From: an uncultured delta proteobacterium
GTDB taxonomy: Bacteria > Myxococcota_A > UBA9160 > SMWR01
NCBI GenBank assembly: GCA_963832165.1
Contig: CAWHTE010000003.1
Coordinates: 64,001-128,000 of the forward strand
Length of the DNA stretch: 64,000 nucleotides
Direction: 5' to 3'
Position 1 is the first letter of the stretch; every line of letters begins with the position of its first letter. Of the stretch, positions 1 to 10,080 are shown piece by piece. The notes under the pieces are model-generated. The model was not told where the DNA came from, did no database searches, and worked only from the letters and a program-made list of their open reading frames with translations. The translations under genes and the position numbers were made by a program.

Positions 1-1224
1 GCGTTCCACCACGACCCGCGCTTCCCCGCGTTCCGCAACGCGCTCTCGATCCTCACGAAGGCGACGATCGACAACGCCGACGCGATCTACTTCTTCGCAC
101 CGATCGACGGACGCGAGTCGTACGTGGTGCGCGGAAGCGTCGGCGACCATCGGCACTGGCGCGGCCAGCCCGCCGCGGCCGCGGGCCGCAAGGCGCCGCA
201 GTACCTGATCTTCGAGCTGCACGACGGCCCGCTCGCCGGCGACACGGGCAGCCTCACCGAGCTGCGACCCGGCGTGAAGGTGCAGACGGGCCGGCTCGAT
301 TCCTCCGAGATCGAGGTGGCCGACGACGGCAGCTTCGAGATCCTGCTCGCGCCCGAACGGCCCGACGGATACACGGGGAACTTCATCGTCTCACACAAGC
401 GCGTGTCGCGTCCGCACCCCGATCAGCTCGATGGATCGCTCGACCGCTATGCGTGCTGGGTCAGCGGCCGCCAGCTCTTCTACGACTGGGAGCGCGAGGA
501 CCCGAGCCCGCTCTCGATCCGCCGCGTCGGCGCAGAGCACGAGCACCCCCCGGCGTTCACCCCCGAGCGCGCCGCGGCGCAGCTGCGCGAGATGGGCGCA
601 CTCGTGCGCGGTCAGGTGCACTTCTGGAATGAATTCTACACGGTGCTTCTCGAGACCTACGGCAAGCGAGAGGGCGGACATCCGGGCCGGCCCGGCGAGC
701 GCTTCATGCCGCGCAATGCGTTCAATCGGCCGAATGCGGCCTCGGGCGCGACGGGCGGCGGTCAGAGCACGAACATCTACGCGGGCGGCGTGTTCGAACT
801 CGAGCCCGACGAGGCGCTCATCATCGAGTCGCGCATCCCGGTTCCGCCGCAGTACATCGGCTTCCACCTCGGAAACCTCTGGGGCGAGTCACTCGACTTC
901 GCGAACCACCAGACGAGCCTGAACGGCTTCCAGGTGGAGCCCGACGAGGACGGCGTGCTGCGCTATGTCGTCGCGCACCGCGATCCGGGTGTGCCGAACT
1001 GGATCGACACCACGGGCCATCGCGAGGGCTTCCTCACGCCGCGCTGGGCCTACTCCGAGCAGCCGACGCCCGATTGCTGGCCGAGCATCAGCGCGACCGT
1101 GGTGCGCTTCGACGAGATCCGGAAGCATCTTCCCGCCGGTGTGCGCACGGTGAGCGCCGGCGAGCGCGCCGAGCGGATCCGCGTGCGGCAGGAGCACGTG
1201 CAGCGGCGCTATCGGGTGTTCTGA
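1..1224 (+). CDS. DUF1214-like protein (5' partial)
   Basis: Frame is open from base 1 (AFHHDPRFPAF...IDNADAIYFFAPIDG); C-terminal motifs WGESLDF...QTSLN and VVAHRDPGVPNWIDTTGH match the actinobacterial/myxobacterial DUF1214-type family. Confidence 0.7.
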   Translation, partial: AFHHDPRFPAFRNALSILTKATIDNADAIYFFAPIDGRESYVVRGSVGDHRHWRGQPAAAAGRKAPQYLIFELHDGPLAGDTGSLTELRPGVKVQTGRLDSSEIEVADDGSFEILLAPERPDGYTGNFIVSHKRVSRPHPDQLDGSLDRYACWVSGRQLFYDWEREDPSPLSIRRVGAEHEHPPAFTPERAAAQLREMGALVRGQVHFWNEFYTVLLETYGKREGGHPGRPGERFMPRNAFNRPNAASGATGGGQSTNIYAGGVFELEPDEALIIESRIPVPPQYIGFHLGNLWGESLDFANHQTSLNGFQVEPDEDGVLRYVVAHRDPGVPNWIDTTGHREGFLTPRWAYSEQPTPDCWPSISATVVRFDEIRKHLPAGVRTVSAGERAERIRVRQEHVQRRYRVF

Positions 1225-1242
1225 GCCATCGTTCGCGGCACG

Positions 1243-1818
1243 ATGAACGCCCGGCACGCATGGGTCGCGCTCGCGCTGTCTCTCGTCTTCGCACCCGCTG
1301 CACTCGCCGTGGACGCGGGCGCGCCGCCCGGATCGATCACGTTCGTGGGCGAGAACGTGGTGTCGACGGCGCACGGCCGGTTCCGCGAGTGGCGCGTCGT
1401 GCGCGCCGAGATCGATCCCGACGATCCGCAGAGCGGGGTGGTCGAGGTGGAGGTGGACGTCGCGAGCCTCGAGACCGGCATCGAGCGCCGCGACCGGCAT
1501 CTGCGCACGGCCGACTTCTTCGATGTCGAGAAGTTTCCGAAGGCGCACGCGCGCATCCACGGCGCGGAGCCGGACGGCCAGAGCGAGCGCGGCAAGCCGC
1601 GCTATCGCGCGAAGTTCGATCTGGAGATCCGCGGCGTGAGGAAGACCGTCGACGGGGAGTTCGAGGTCGTAGAGACCTCGCCGCCGACCGTCGAGGGCGG
1701 GCTCACGATCAACCGGGTCGACTTTGGCATCGGCGAGCCCTACGCGTGGTACGTGCCCGGGTCGATCGAAGAGCAGGTGCCCGTGCGGTTCCGCGCGACG
1801 CTTCCGGGTGTCCATTGA
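1243..1818 (+). CDS. YceI family periplasmic lipid/polyisoprenoid-binding protein
   Basis: Signal peptide; ETGIERRDRHLRTADFFDVEKFP and INRVDFGI motifs. Confidence 0.9.
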   Translation: MNARHAWVALALSLVFAPAALAVDAGAPPGSITFVGENVVSTAHGRFREWRVVRAEIDPDDPQSGVVEVEVDVASLETGIERRDRHLRTADFFDVEKFPKAHARIHGAEPDGQSERGKPRYRAKFDLEIRGVRKTVDGEFEVVETSPPTVEGGLTINRVDFGIGEPYAWYVPGSIEEQVPVRFRATLPGVH

Positions 1819-1820
1819 GG

Positions 1821-2420
1821 ATGGCCGTCGTCGCGCTGATCGCGCTAGGCGCGTACATCGCGGCGAGTTTCGGCTGGCGGATGTGGCTCCAGCGCCGGTT
1901 GACGGGGGATGCGGGCCTGCGCGCGGCGCCGCGCACGCGCGCGGAGTGGGTGTCGGGTGCGGGCCTGGTCGCGGGAGCGATCGCCGTCGTGCTGGCTCCC
2001 GTGCTCGATCTGGCCGGGATCAGCGAGCCGATCGCGGCGCTCGAGGGGCCACTGCTGCGCGCGGTCGGCATCACGCTGTTCGCGCTGGGCTTCTATCTGA
2101 CGATTCGGGCGCAGCTCGACATGGGCGAGTCGTGGCGCATCGGCGTCGACCTGGAGGAGAGCACCGCGCTCGTCACGGGCGGTGTGTTCCGCTTCGTGCG
2201 CAATCCGATCTTCACGGGGATGCTGCTCGTGTGCGCGGGCTCGGCGCTCATGGTCCCCAACGCCCTCGCGCTCGCGGGCGCCGCACTGATCGCGGGGAGC
2301 CTCGAGATCCATGTGCGCAGCGTCGAAGAGCCCTACCTGCTCGGGGTTCACGGCGAGCGGTACGCGAGCTATGCGCGATCCGCGGGGCGGTTCATGCCGC
2401 GCGTCGGCCGGCTGGGTTGA
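1821..2420 (+). CDS. Isoprenylcysteine carboxylmethyltransferase (ICMT/PEMT) family membrane protein
   Basis: ATG at 1821 after GAGG; LVTGGVFRFVRNPIFTG and EEPYL...Y..Y...GRF motifs; several TM helices. Confidence 0.85.
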   Translation: MAVVALIALGAYIAASFGWRMWLQRRLTGDAGLRAAPRTRAEWVSGAGLVAGAIAVVLAPVLDLAGISEPIAALEGPLLRAVGITLFALGFYLTIRAQLDMGESWRIGVDLEESTALVTGGVFRFVRNPIFTGMLLVCAGSALMVPNALALAGAALIAGSLEIHVRSVEEPYLLGVHGERYASYARSAGRFMPRVGRLG

Positions 2421-2429
2421 TCGGAAGCG

Positions 2430-5078
2430 CTAGGCGGCCCCGCGCGCGATCTCGGCGAGCCGGCGCACCACTTCGCCCGCGGAGCGCACGCGCTGGCTCG
2501 GCCGCTTCGCGAGCAGCTGCTCGACCAGCGCTGCGAGCGGCTCTGGCGTGCCCGGCGCGATGTCGCGCAGGTGCGGCGGCGGCGTGTGGCGGTGGTGGAA
2601 CGCGACGTCGCCGTCCCTGAACGGGACGTGGCCCGTGAGCAGCTCGAAGAACGTCACGCCGAGCGCATAGAGATCGGCGCGGTGGTCGACCTGCTCGCCC
2701 GCGCTCTGCTCGGGTGCCATGTAGTAGGGCGTTCCGCCGACCACGGTGGTGCTGCGCCGCACCTCCTCGACCATCTTCGCGAGCCCGAAGTCCATGATCT
2801 TCACCACCTTCTTGTCGGTGAAGAAGATGTTCGCGGTCTTGATGTCGCGATGGACGATGCCCTGTTCGTGGGCGTACTGGAGTCCCTGTGCGATCTGCCC
2901 GCCGATCTTCGCGACCGTGCCCGCGGACAAGCGCCCCTTCTCGCGCAGCACCCTCTGCAGCGGGCTTCCGCGCAAGAGCTCCATCGTGATGTAGAGCGTG
3001 TCGCTCTCCTGTGCGGCATCGAACAGCGTCACGATGTTGGGGTGGTTGAGCGCGGCCGCCGCGCGCGCCTCGCGCAGGAACAGCTCGATCGCCTTCGGGT
3101 GGTTGCGGATGTGGTCGGGCAGGCGCTTGAGCGCGACCTCGCGGCCGAGCCGCCGGTCGCGCGCGCGGAACACCACGCCCATGCCGCCGCGGCCCACCTC
3201 TTCGATGAGCTCGTAGCGGAAGCCCTCGTCGAAGCCGTCCACGACGGCCCGGCCCGGCGTGAGGTCGGGGCTCGTGGTCTGCGAGAGCAGCGCCTTGCGC
3301 AGCGCTTCGGAGCGCGTGGCCAGGTGCGGCCAGGTGGCGTCGCGCCCGCGCAGGCGCTCGAGCAGCGACAGCGCGCGGTCGTAGTGGTGCGTCTGCTCGC
3401 ACAGCACCGCGAGGCGATCGAGTGCCTCGCTCGGGACGTCCCCCTCCGGGCGCGTTGCGAGCAGCTCCTCGAGCTTGCGCACCGCCAGGTCGAGGTGGCC
3501 TTCCTTCTGATAGGCGTCGGCGAGCAGCAGCACGGCGGTGGCGTAGTCCGCGTGCGACACGGGGATCCGGTGCAGGCATTGGATCGCCTGGGCGCGGTCG
3601 CCGCGCTCGAGCGCCACCTGCGCGGCCTGGAGGTGCTCGCCGTGCTTCGAGAGCGCATCGATCCAGCGGACGACGTCTCCGGCGCGCTGGAAGCAGTCGA
3701 TCGCACTGTGATAGTCGTCCGCGCGCACGAACGCCTCGCCCGCGCGCGACAGCTCTCCCGCGCTGCGGAACAGCTCGCCCGCGCGCTCGTCGTCGCCGAT
3801 CGACTCGAACAGGTTTGCGGCTTTCTCGTACTGGTTCAGCGCTTGATAGGTCTCGGCCGCCGACGCGCGCTCGCCCGCGAGCTCGTAGTGGCGCGCGGCG
3901 CTCTCGAGCTGCCCTTGCTCCTCGTGGAAGCGCGCGAGCAGCCGGTTGGCGATCTGCGTCTGTCCCTCGCGCTCGAGCGCGCGCGCCGCGGTGGCGACGT
4001 CTCCGTTCAGGTACGGCTCGACCGCCGGCGGGCAGCCCGAGAACACGAGCTGGGAGTGGTCGCCGAGATCGACCGCGATCACGCGCGGCTCGAACGTCTC
4101 GACCTCGAGCGCAGCCTCGGCGACGCGGTCGGTGCTGCCGACGAGGATGCGGTGCTTGCCGGGGTCGAGCGTGTACGGGACGGGGCCGCGCGCGAGGCGC
4201 AGCGAGCCGGGCGTGCCGTAGCGCGCGACGAACGCCTCCTCGACCGCGCGCCGGTCCCACGTCACGCGCACCTCCACGGGGCACGCGCCCGGCGCGAAGT
4301 CGAAGCCCACGCGCACGGTCTCGCGGCGCTTCGGCACGACCTCCTGCTCGGCGAAATGCGTCGCGACGATCTCGTCGCTCTCCGAGGTCAGGAGATAGCC
4401 CTCGACCGCGATGAAGTGCCGTCGGCACGGAACCGCGAGGAACTGCGTTTCGCGCGAGACGCCCCAGCGCTCCGTGGCGCTCGCGACGCGCGCGGCATGG
4501 CGCGCGCGATCGACGTCGCTGGGTGCGGCGGCCTTCGCGCTGCCCGCAGTCGCGCGCGTCGCCGAGCCTCACGCAGAACGTGCCGCGCAGGCCGGCCGGA
4601 TAGTCGATCGTCACCGCGAGCGCACCGCGGCCACGCGTGGTGCGCGCGAGCGCACCGAGCAGCAGCAGCAGCGCCACGACCGCCGTCAGCTCGCGCAGCG
4701 CGTCGGTCGTGAGATCGCCGTGCTGGAGCCCCGCGAAGCCGTCCACCGCGAAGCGCGGCAGCCAGGGCTCGATGCGCGCGAACTGTTCGCCCGCGCGCGC
4801 CGACACGACGTCGTAGAGCGCCGCTGCGGCGCTGCCAGCGCGGATCGCTGCGCCGCCCGGCTCGTGGGTGTCCTCGGCCGCGGGCGCCTCCGCGGTCGGC
4901 ACCGCGGCCGCGGGGGGGGATCGAGCAGGTGGGCGGCCTCGTCGAGCGTCATGCGCGGCGCCGGGGGATCGGGCTGCGCGGGGGGGCCGGCGGGCGCACG
5001 GCTCGCATCCGCGCGACTCGCGATCGCGAGCGCACACAGGAGCGTCAGTGCAACGACGCGCGAGCGCTTCGGCGACAT
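2430..5078 (-). CDS. Membrane-anchored Ser/Thr protein kinase with TPR/alpha-solenoid region and C-terminal kinase domain (frameshifts at ~4915 and ~4565)
   Basis: Kinase motifs GRGGMGVV, VALK, HRDIKTAN, DFG, GTPYYMAPE; TPR-like helical repeats; signal peptide (ORF 4686-5078) and TM helix (TAVVALLLLLGALA) join through two frame changes, one in a G8 run. Confidence 0.85.
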
Positions 5079-5162
5079 GAAAACTCCCCATCCTCATCGG
5101 TCGGGCGAAGCCGCCGGTTGAGAATCGGGACGCGCCGGTGCGGGCGTCGGTTGCCGATGCCT

Positions 5163-5918
5163 CTAGGCGCGCGCGCCGAGCGCGGGTCCGACCAGCTGCG
5201 CGGCCTCGGCAACGGCCCTGGCGGCCGCTCCGCCGCGCACGACCACCCATTTCTCGTCCTGCGCGGCGCTGATCCGCGTGACGAGGAAGTAGCCGAGGCT
5301 CCCGCTCACGGCGGCGCCGACGTCGCCGACGAGCGAGATCCCATGGGCGATCTGGACGTGCTGGATGCCCGCTGCGGTCTGGAACAGCACCAGCGCGAGC
5401 GCCTCGAACCCGACCCACGCCGCGAGCCCGATCCACCACGCGAGCACGAGCCGCGGGGTGGGCAGCCGCTGCCAGCCGAGCGGATCGGCGGACGCGGGAT
5501 CGCTGCCGCGCCAGACCTCGCTCATCACCTGATACGGGCGCCAGGTGTTGAGCACCGGGATCACGAACGCGAGGTAGGTCCACTCGCGGCCGAAGCGGAT
5601 CCGGCGCACGCCGAGCGCGCGCAGGTTGGCGCGCGCCTGGTGGAGCCAGGGCACGAAGACCGCCGCGATCACCACGGCGCACACGATCTGCGCGAGTCCG
5701 ATCCGCCGGCCCGCCTGGGCGTGTGCGACCTTGGCGATCGGGCCCAGCGACGTGCCGCTGTCGACCGCGGCCATCGCGCGCAGCTCGCCGAGGTCGTAGC
5801 CCGCGGCCATCCAGGCGAGCGCCGCCGCGAGCACGAACAGGCAGCCGAGCACGCGCGCCGACCGGCGCACGGAGAAATAGAGCGGGCGCATGTTCACGGA
5901 ATCGGATGCGTGGCTCAT
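5163..5918 (-). CDS. DUF4328 family membrane protein
   Basis: WLHQARANL...W...FVIPVLNTWRPYQVMSEVW motif, about 4 TM segments; reads in frame with the upstream SPOUT gene. Confidence 0.75.
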   Translation of the reverse strand: MSHASDSVNMRPLYFSVRRSARVLGCLFVLAAALAWMAAGYDLGELRAMAAVDSGTSLGPIAKVAHAQAGRRIGLAQIVCAVVIAAVFVPWLHQARANLRALGVRRIRFGREWTYLAFVIPVLNTWRPYQVMSEVWRGSDPASADPLGWQRLPTPRLVLAWWIGLAAWVGFEALALVLFQTAAGIQHVQIAHGISLVGDVGAAVSGSLGYFLVTRISAAQDEKWVVVRGGAAARAVAEAAQLVGPALGARA

Positions 5919-6657
5919 CTGCGATCCTCTGCGTTGGCGCAGCCGCTCGGCGGCGAGGATCGCCACGGCGGCCTGCAGGTTGTACGACGAGACGAATCCC
6001 GCCATCGGAATGCGCGTGACGACGTCGCAGCGCGCGAGCAGCGCGCGCGGAACTCCCTCCGCCTCGCCGCCCACGACGAGCAGCAGCGGCGGCGTGAGAT
6101 CGACCTCCCAGGGCGCCGCGCTTCCGCTGTCCTCGATTCCGACGATCCGTTTGCCCGCGCGGCGCGCGGCGCCGATCACGTCGCCGGCGCGCTCCCACGC
6201 GACCGGCAGGAAGCGGTCGGCGCGCATCGAGGCGCGCCGCGCCTCGCGCCGCTGGTCGTGGTCGAACGAGTTGTCGATGTAGACGCCGTCGGCGCCGCTC
6301 ACCTCGGCGGTGCGGATCGCGGTGCCGACGTTGCCGGCATAGCGCGCGCCCACGATCAGCCACACCGCGCCGCCGCGCGCCATCACGGTGTCGAGGTCGG
6401 CGTCGCGCTCGGGGCCGATCAGCGCCGCGACCTCGAGCTCACCGGCGAGGCGCGCGTGGCGCCGCTCGCCGCTGCGCACGATCTCGGCCCCGGCTGCCGA
6501 CGCGCGCTCGCACAGGGCGGCGAGCTCGGCCGGGAGCGGGCCCTCGGGCACTACCACGCAGCGCACCGGCTCTCCCGCATCGAGCGCCTGCGCGAGCGCG
6601 GCCTGGCCCTCGATGCGCCGCCGGGAAGGGCTAGGCGCCGGAAGACGAAGTACTCAT
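5915..6657 (-). CDS. TrmH/SpoU family SPOUT RNA 2'-O-methyltransferase
   Basis: GNVGTAIRTA, VVGGEAEGV, RIPMAGFVSSYNL motifs; ATG at 6657 comes into frame if one base near 6639 is removed. Confidence 0.8.
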
Positions 6658-7366
6658 TCTGGTCGCCCGAGTGGCCGTCGGCGCGATAGCGCTGGTCCAG
6701 CGCGAGCGGAAGGCCGGCTGTCCAGGTCGCGAGCTCGGACTCGTCGAAGAAGTGGAAATAACGCACCCAATCGTCGCCGGGGCCCCAGGGAATCAGGCGA
6801 TCACCGGGCTCCAGCTGTGAGCAATCGATCGGCATACGTGCGCGGGAACTGTAGGAATTCCAGTCGACCGCGCGTTCGGCCTCGCCGCGCAGCCAGGTCG
6901 TGAGGACGAGCCGGCCCCCGGGAGCGACGCGCGCCGCGCAGGCTTCGAGCAGGGCCAGGCGGCGCTCCCGGCTGGGCACGCCGTGGATCACCGCGATCAC
7001 CGATACGAGCTCGAACGGGCCGGAGGGCAGGGCGTCCGGATCCGCGACGACGTCGCCGACCTGCCAGCGCGCGCCGGCCAGGCCCATGCTGCGCGCCTGC
7101 TCGAGCAGCGGCTCGCTCGCGTCGACGCCGCAGATCTCGAGTGCGCGCGGCGCGAGCGCCTGCGCCAGGTAGCGCGCGAACCGGCCATGGCCGCAGCCGA
7201 CGTCGAGCACGCGCAGCGGATCCTCACCCGGCGCCGCGCGCAGCACCGCCGCGAGCGGGTCCCAGCCCGGCCACGGCGCGGTGCGCTTCGCGCTGAACTC
7301 GGCGGCGTGGTCGCGGTAGAAGTCGGTGTTGATCGCGGCGAGAGCGCGCACCGTGGCTTCGTTCAT
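6631..7366 (-). CDS. Class I SAM-dependent methyltransferase, Trm9/ALKBH8-like
   Basis: FSAKRTAPWP, VLDVGCGHGR, SVIAVIHG...RERR, APGG...W, RYFHFFDESEL; removing the same base near 6639 gives a TAG stop at 6631-6633. Confidence 0.75.
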
Positions 7367-7393
7367 GCGCGCCTCTGATACCTTCGGCGCCTC

Positions 7394-9155
7394 ATGCAGC
7401 CGCGCACCTCCCGCGCCGGATTCGATCCCGAGCCGCACCGCGCGGAGCTCAGCGCGATCATCGACGCCGTGCTGCGCGCGCGCGAGCTCGATGCGCGCGG
7501 ATCTCGACCGGATCGTGCGCCGCCATCCCAAAGCCGGGCGCGGCATGTTCTCGAAGTCGGAGATCATCGCGGGGTTCCGCGCGTTCGTGGCGGATGCCGG
7601 AGCCGAGGCCGAGTTCGTGCGCCGGTTGCGCATGCGCCCGGTGCGCACGCTCTCGGGCGTCACGCCCGTGACGGTGCTGACCAAGCCGTTCCCGTGCCCG
7701 GGCACCTGCATCTTCTGCCCGAACGACGTGCGCATGCCGAAGAGCTACCTCGCCGACGAGCCCGGCGCGCAGCGCGCCGAAGACAATCGCTTCGATCCCT
7801 ATCTCCAGACGTGGAACCGTCTCGACGCGTATCGGAGCATGGGACACCCGACCGACAAGGTCGAGCTGATCGTGCTCGGGGGTACCTGGTCGCATCACCC
7901 CGAGGCCTATCAGCTCTGGTTCGTCGAGCGCTGCTTCGATGCGCTGTGCGACTTCGGCGAGGCCGTCGATCGGCGCGCCGAGGCGGGCCGCGCCGCGGCC
8001 GACTACCGCGCGATCGCAACGCTCGATGGCCGCGCGCTCGACGACGGCGCCTACAACCGCGCGATCTCGCGGCATCTCGCCGCGGCGCACGGCGGCGCGC
8101 TGCTGCACGCGAGCGAGACGTCGAGCTGGGACGCGCTCTCGGCCGCGCAGCGGCGCAACGAGTCGTCGCCGGCGCGCTGCGTGGGGCTCGTGTTCGAGAC
8201 GCGACCCGATCAGATCGATGCCGCGGAGACCCGCCGCCTGCGCCGGCTCGGCGCCACCAAGATCCAGCTCGGGGTGCAGAGCCTCGACGACGAGATCCTG
8301 CTCGCGAACCGGCGCGGCCACGACGTCGCCGCGACGCGCCGCGCGTTCCGCGAGCTGCGCGCCGCGGGCTTCAAGCTCCACGCGCACTGGATGCCGAACC
8401 TGCTCGGCGCGACGCCCGCGCGCGACGCGGCCGACTACCGGCGCCTGTTCGACGAGGTCGACTTCCGCCCGGACGAGCTCAAGCTCTACCCGTGCCTGCT
8501 CGTCGAGAGCGCGGCGCTCGCGGCGCATCACGCGCGCGGGGAGTGGCAGCCCTACGGCGACGGTGCGCTCGTCGACCTGCTCACCGACTGCATCGAGGTC
8601 ACGCCGCGCTGGTGCCGCCTCACACGCGTCGTGCGCGACTTCTCCGCGCACGACATCGCGGCGGGGACGCACACGGCGAACCTGCGCGAGGTGGCCGAGC
8701 GCGCGCTCGCGGCGCGCGGCGCACGCGCGCAGGAGATCCGCAGCCGCGAAGTGCGCGGGCGGGCGGTTGCCGCGGCGGATCTTCGCTTCCTCGACACCGG
8801 CTATGCCACCTCGATCGGCCGCGAGCACTTCCTCGAGTTCGCCACGCGCGACGACCAGATCGCCGCGTTCGCGCGCTTGTCGCTTCCCGCGGAGCCGGCG
8901 GACGAGGGCGAGCTCGCGAATGCCGCGCTGCTGCGCGAAGTGCACGTCTACGGCGCGTCGCTGGCGCTCGGCGAGCGCGTGGGCAGCGCCGCGCAGCACG
9001 CGGGCCTGGGCCGCCAGCTGATCGACGCGGCCGCGACCCTCGCGCGCGATGCGGGCTTCGCGAACCTCGCCGTGATCTCGTCGGTCGGCACGCGGCCCTA
9101 CTACCGCAGGCTCGGCTTCGAGGACGGAGAGCTCTACCAGCACCGCGCTCTCTGA
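7394..9155 (+). CDS. elp3: Elp3 radical SAM/GNAT tRNA uridine(34) carboxymethyltransferase (frameshift at ~7500)
   Basis: RTLSGVTPV, CPGTCIFCP, MPKSY, KVELIVLGGT, ETRPD, HWMPNL, PDELKLYP, LREVHVYG, QHAGLG, VISSVGTRPYYRRLGF. Confidence 0.92.
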
Positions 9156-9186
9156 TACCGTTCGGAATCCCACGAGCGAGGAACCC

Positions 9187-10080
9187 ATGGCGAGCCCCGA
9201 GTACGAGCAGCTGCGCAAGGTGTTGAAGCCGGGCCTGGCGATTCCCGGCGATCCGCCCGAGCTCGTGCGCGAGAAGATGCACCGGATCCATCCCACGAAG
9301 TTCCCGGACGACGTGAAGGTCCATCACACGTCGCTCGGCGGCGTCGACGCCGCGTGGGTCGACACGCCCGAGAGCGCGGGCTCCACGCGCGTGTTGCTGC
9401 ACGTGCACGGCGGTGCGTTCGTGTCGACCGGAGTCGAGCACTACATCCCCTACGGCGCGCGGCTGTCGCGCCCGTTCGCGGCACGCGCGGTCGTGTTCGG
9501 CTACCGGCTCGCTCCCGAGCACCGCTTCCCGGCCGCGCTCGACGACACGCGCGCCGTCTATCGCGCGCTGCTCGACGCGGGCACGCCGCCCGACCGGATC
9601 GTCATCGGCGGGGACTCGTGCGGCGGCGGAATCGGCATCGCGCTGCTCTTGCGCCTGCGCGACGAGGGCGCGCCGCTGCCGGCCGCGTTCGTGGGGCTCA
9701 CGGGCTGGTACGACCTCGAGATGACGGGCGACTCGGCGAAGAACCCGCGCGGGGTCGATCCGTACGTGGACCCGGAGTGGATCCGCGCGCGCGGCCGCGA
9801 CTACGCGGGTCCGCACGTCGACGTGCGCAACCCGCTGATCTCGCCGATCCACGCCGATCTCTCGGGGCTTCCGCCGCTGTTCCTCTCCTGCGGCGAGATC
9901 GACATCACGCGCGACGACTCGACGCGGCTCGCCGCGCGCGCGGGCCGCGACGGCGTGGCCGTGACGCTCGAGGTGAACCCGGAGATGATCCACGGCTTCC
10001 ATGGACTCTCGGACCTGATTCCGGAAGGGCGCGCATCGCTCGAACGCGCGGGCGAGTTCGTGCGGAGGCATCTGCCTTGA
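9187..10080 (+). CDS. Alpha/beta hydrolase, hormone-sensitive lipase (family IV) esterase
   Basis: HGGAF, YRLAPEHRFPAA, GDSCGG, terminal HGF. Confidence 0.9.
   Translation: MASPEYEQLRKVLKPGLAIPGDPPELVREKMHRIHPTKFPDDVKVHHTSLGGVDAAWVDTPESAGSTRVLLHVHGGAFVSTGVEHYIPYGARLSRPFAARAVVFGYRLAPEHRFPAALDDTRAVYRALLDAGTPPDRIVIGGDSCGGGIGIALLLRLRDEGAPLPAAFVGLTGWYDLEMTGDSAKNPRGVDPYVDPEWIRARGRDYAGPHVDVRNPLISPIHADLSGLPPLFLSCGEIDITRDDSTRLAARAGRDGVAVTLEVNPEMIHGFHGLSDLIPEGRASLERAGEFVRRHLP

Noticed and set aside
2392..6363. Very long alternative-frame ORFs (e.g. 2392-6363, 19766-23266, 54451-57180)
   Set aside because: Arg/Ala/Pro-rich shadow frames expected in high-GC DNA; they overlap genes with clear family motifs.
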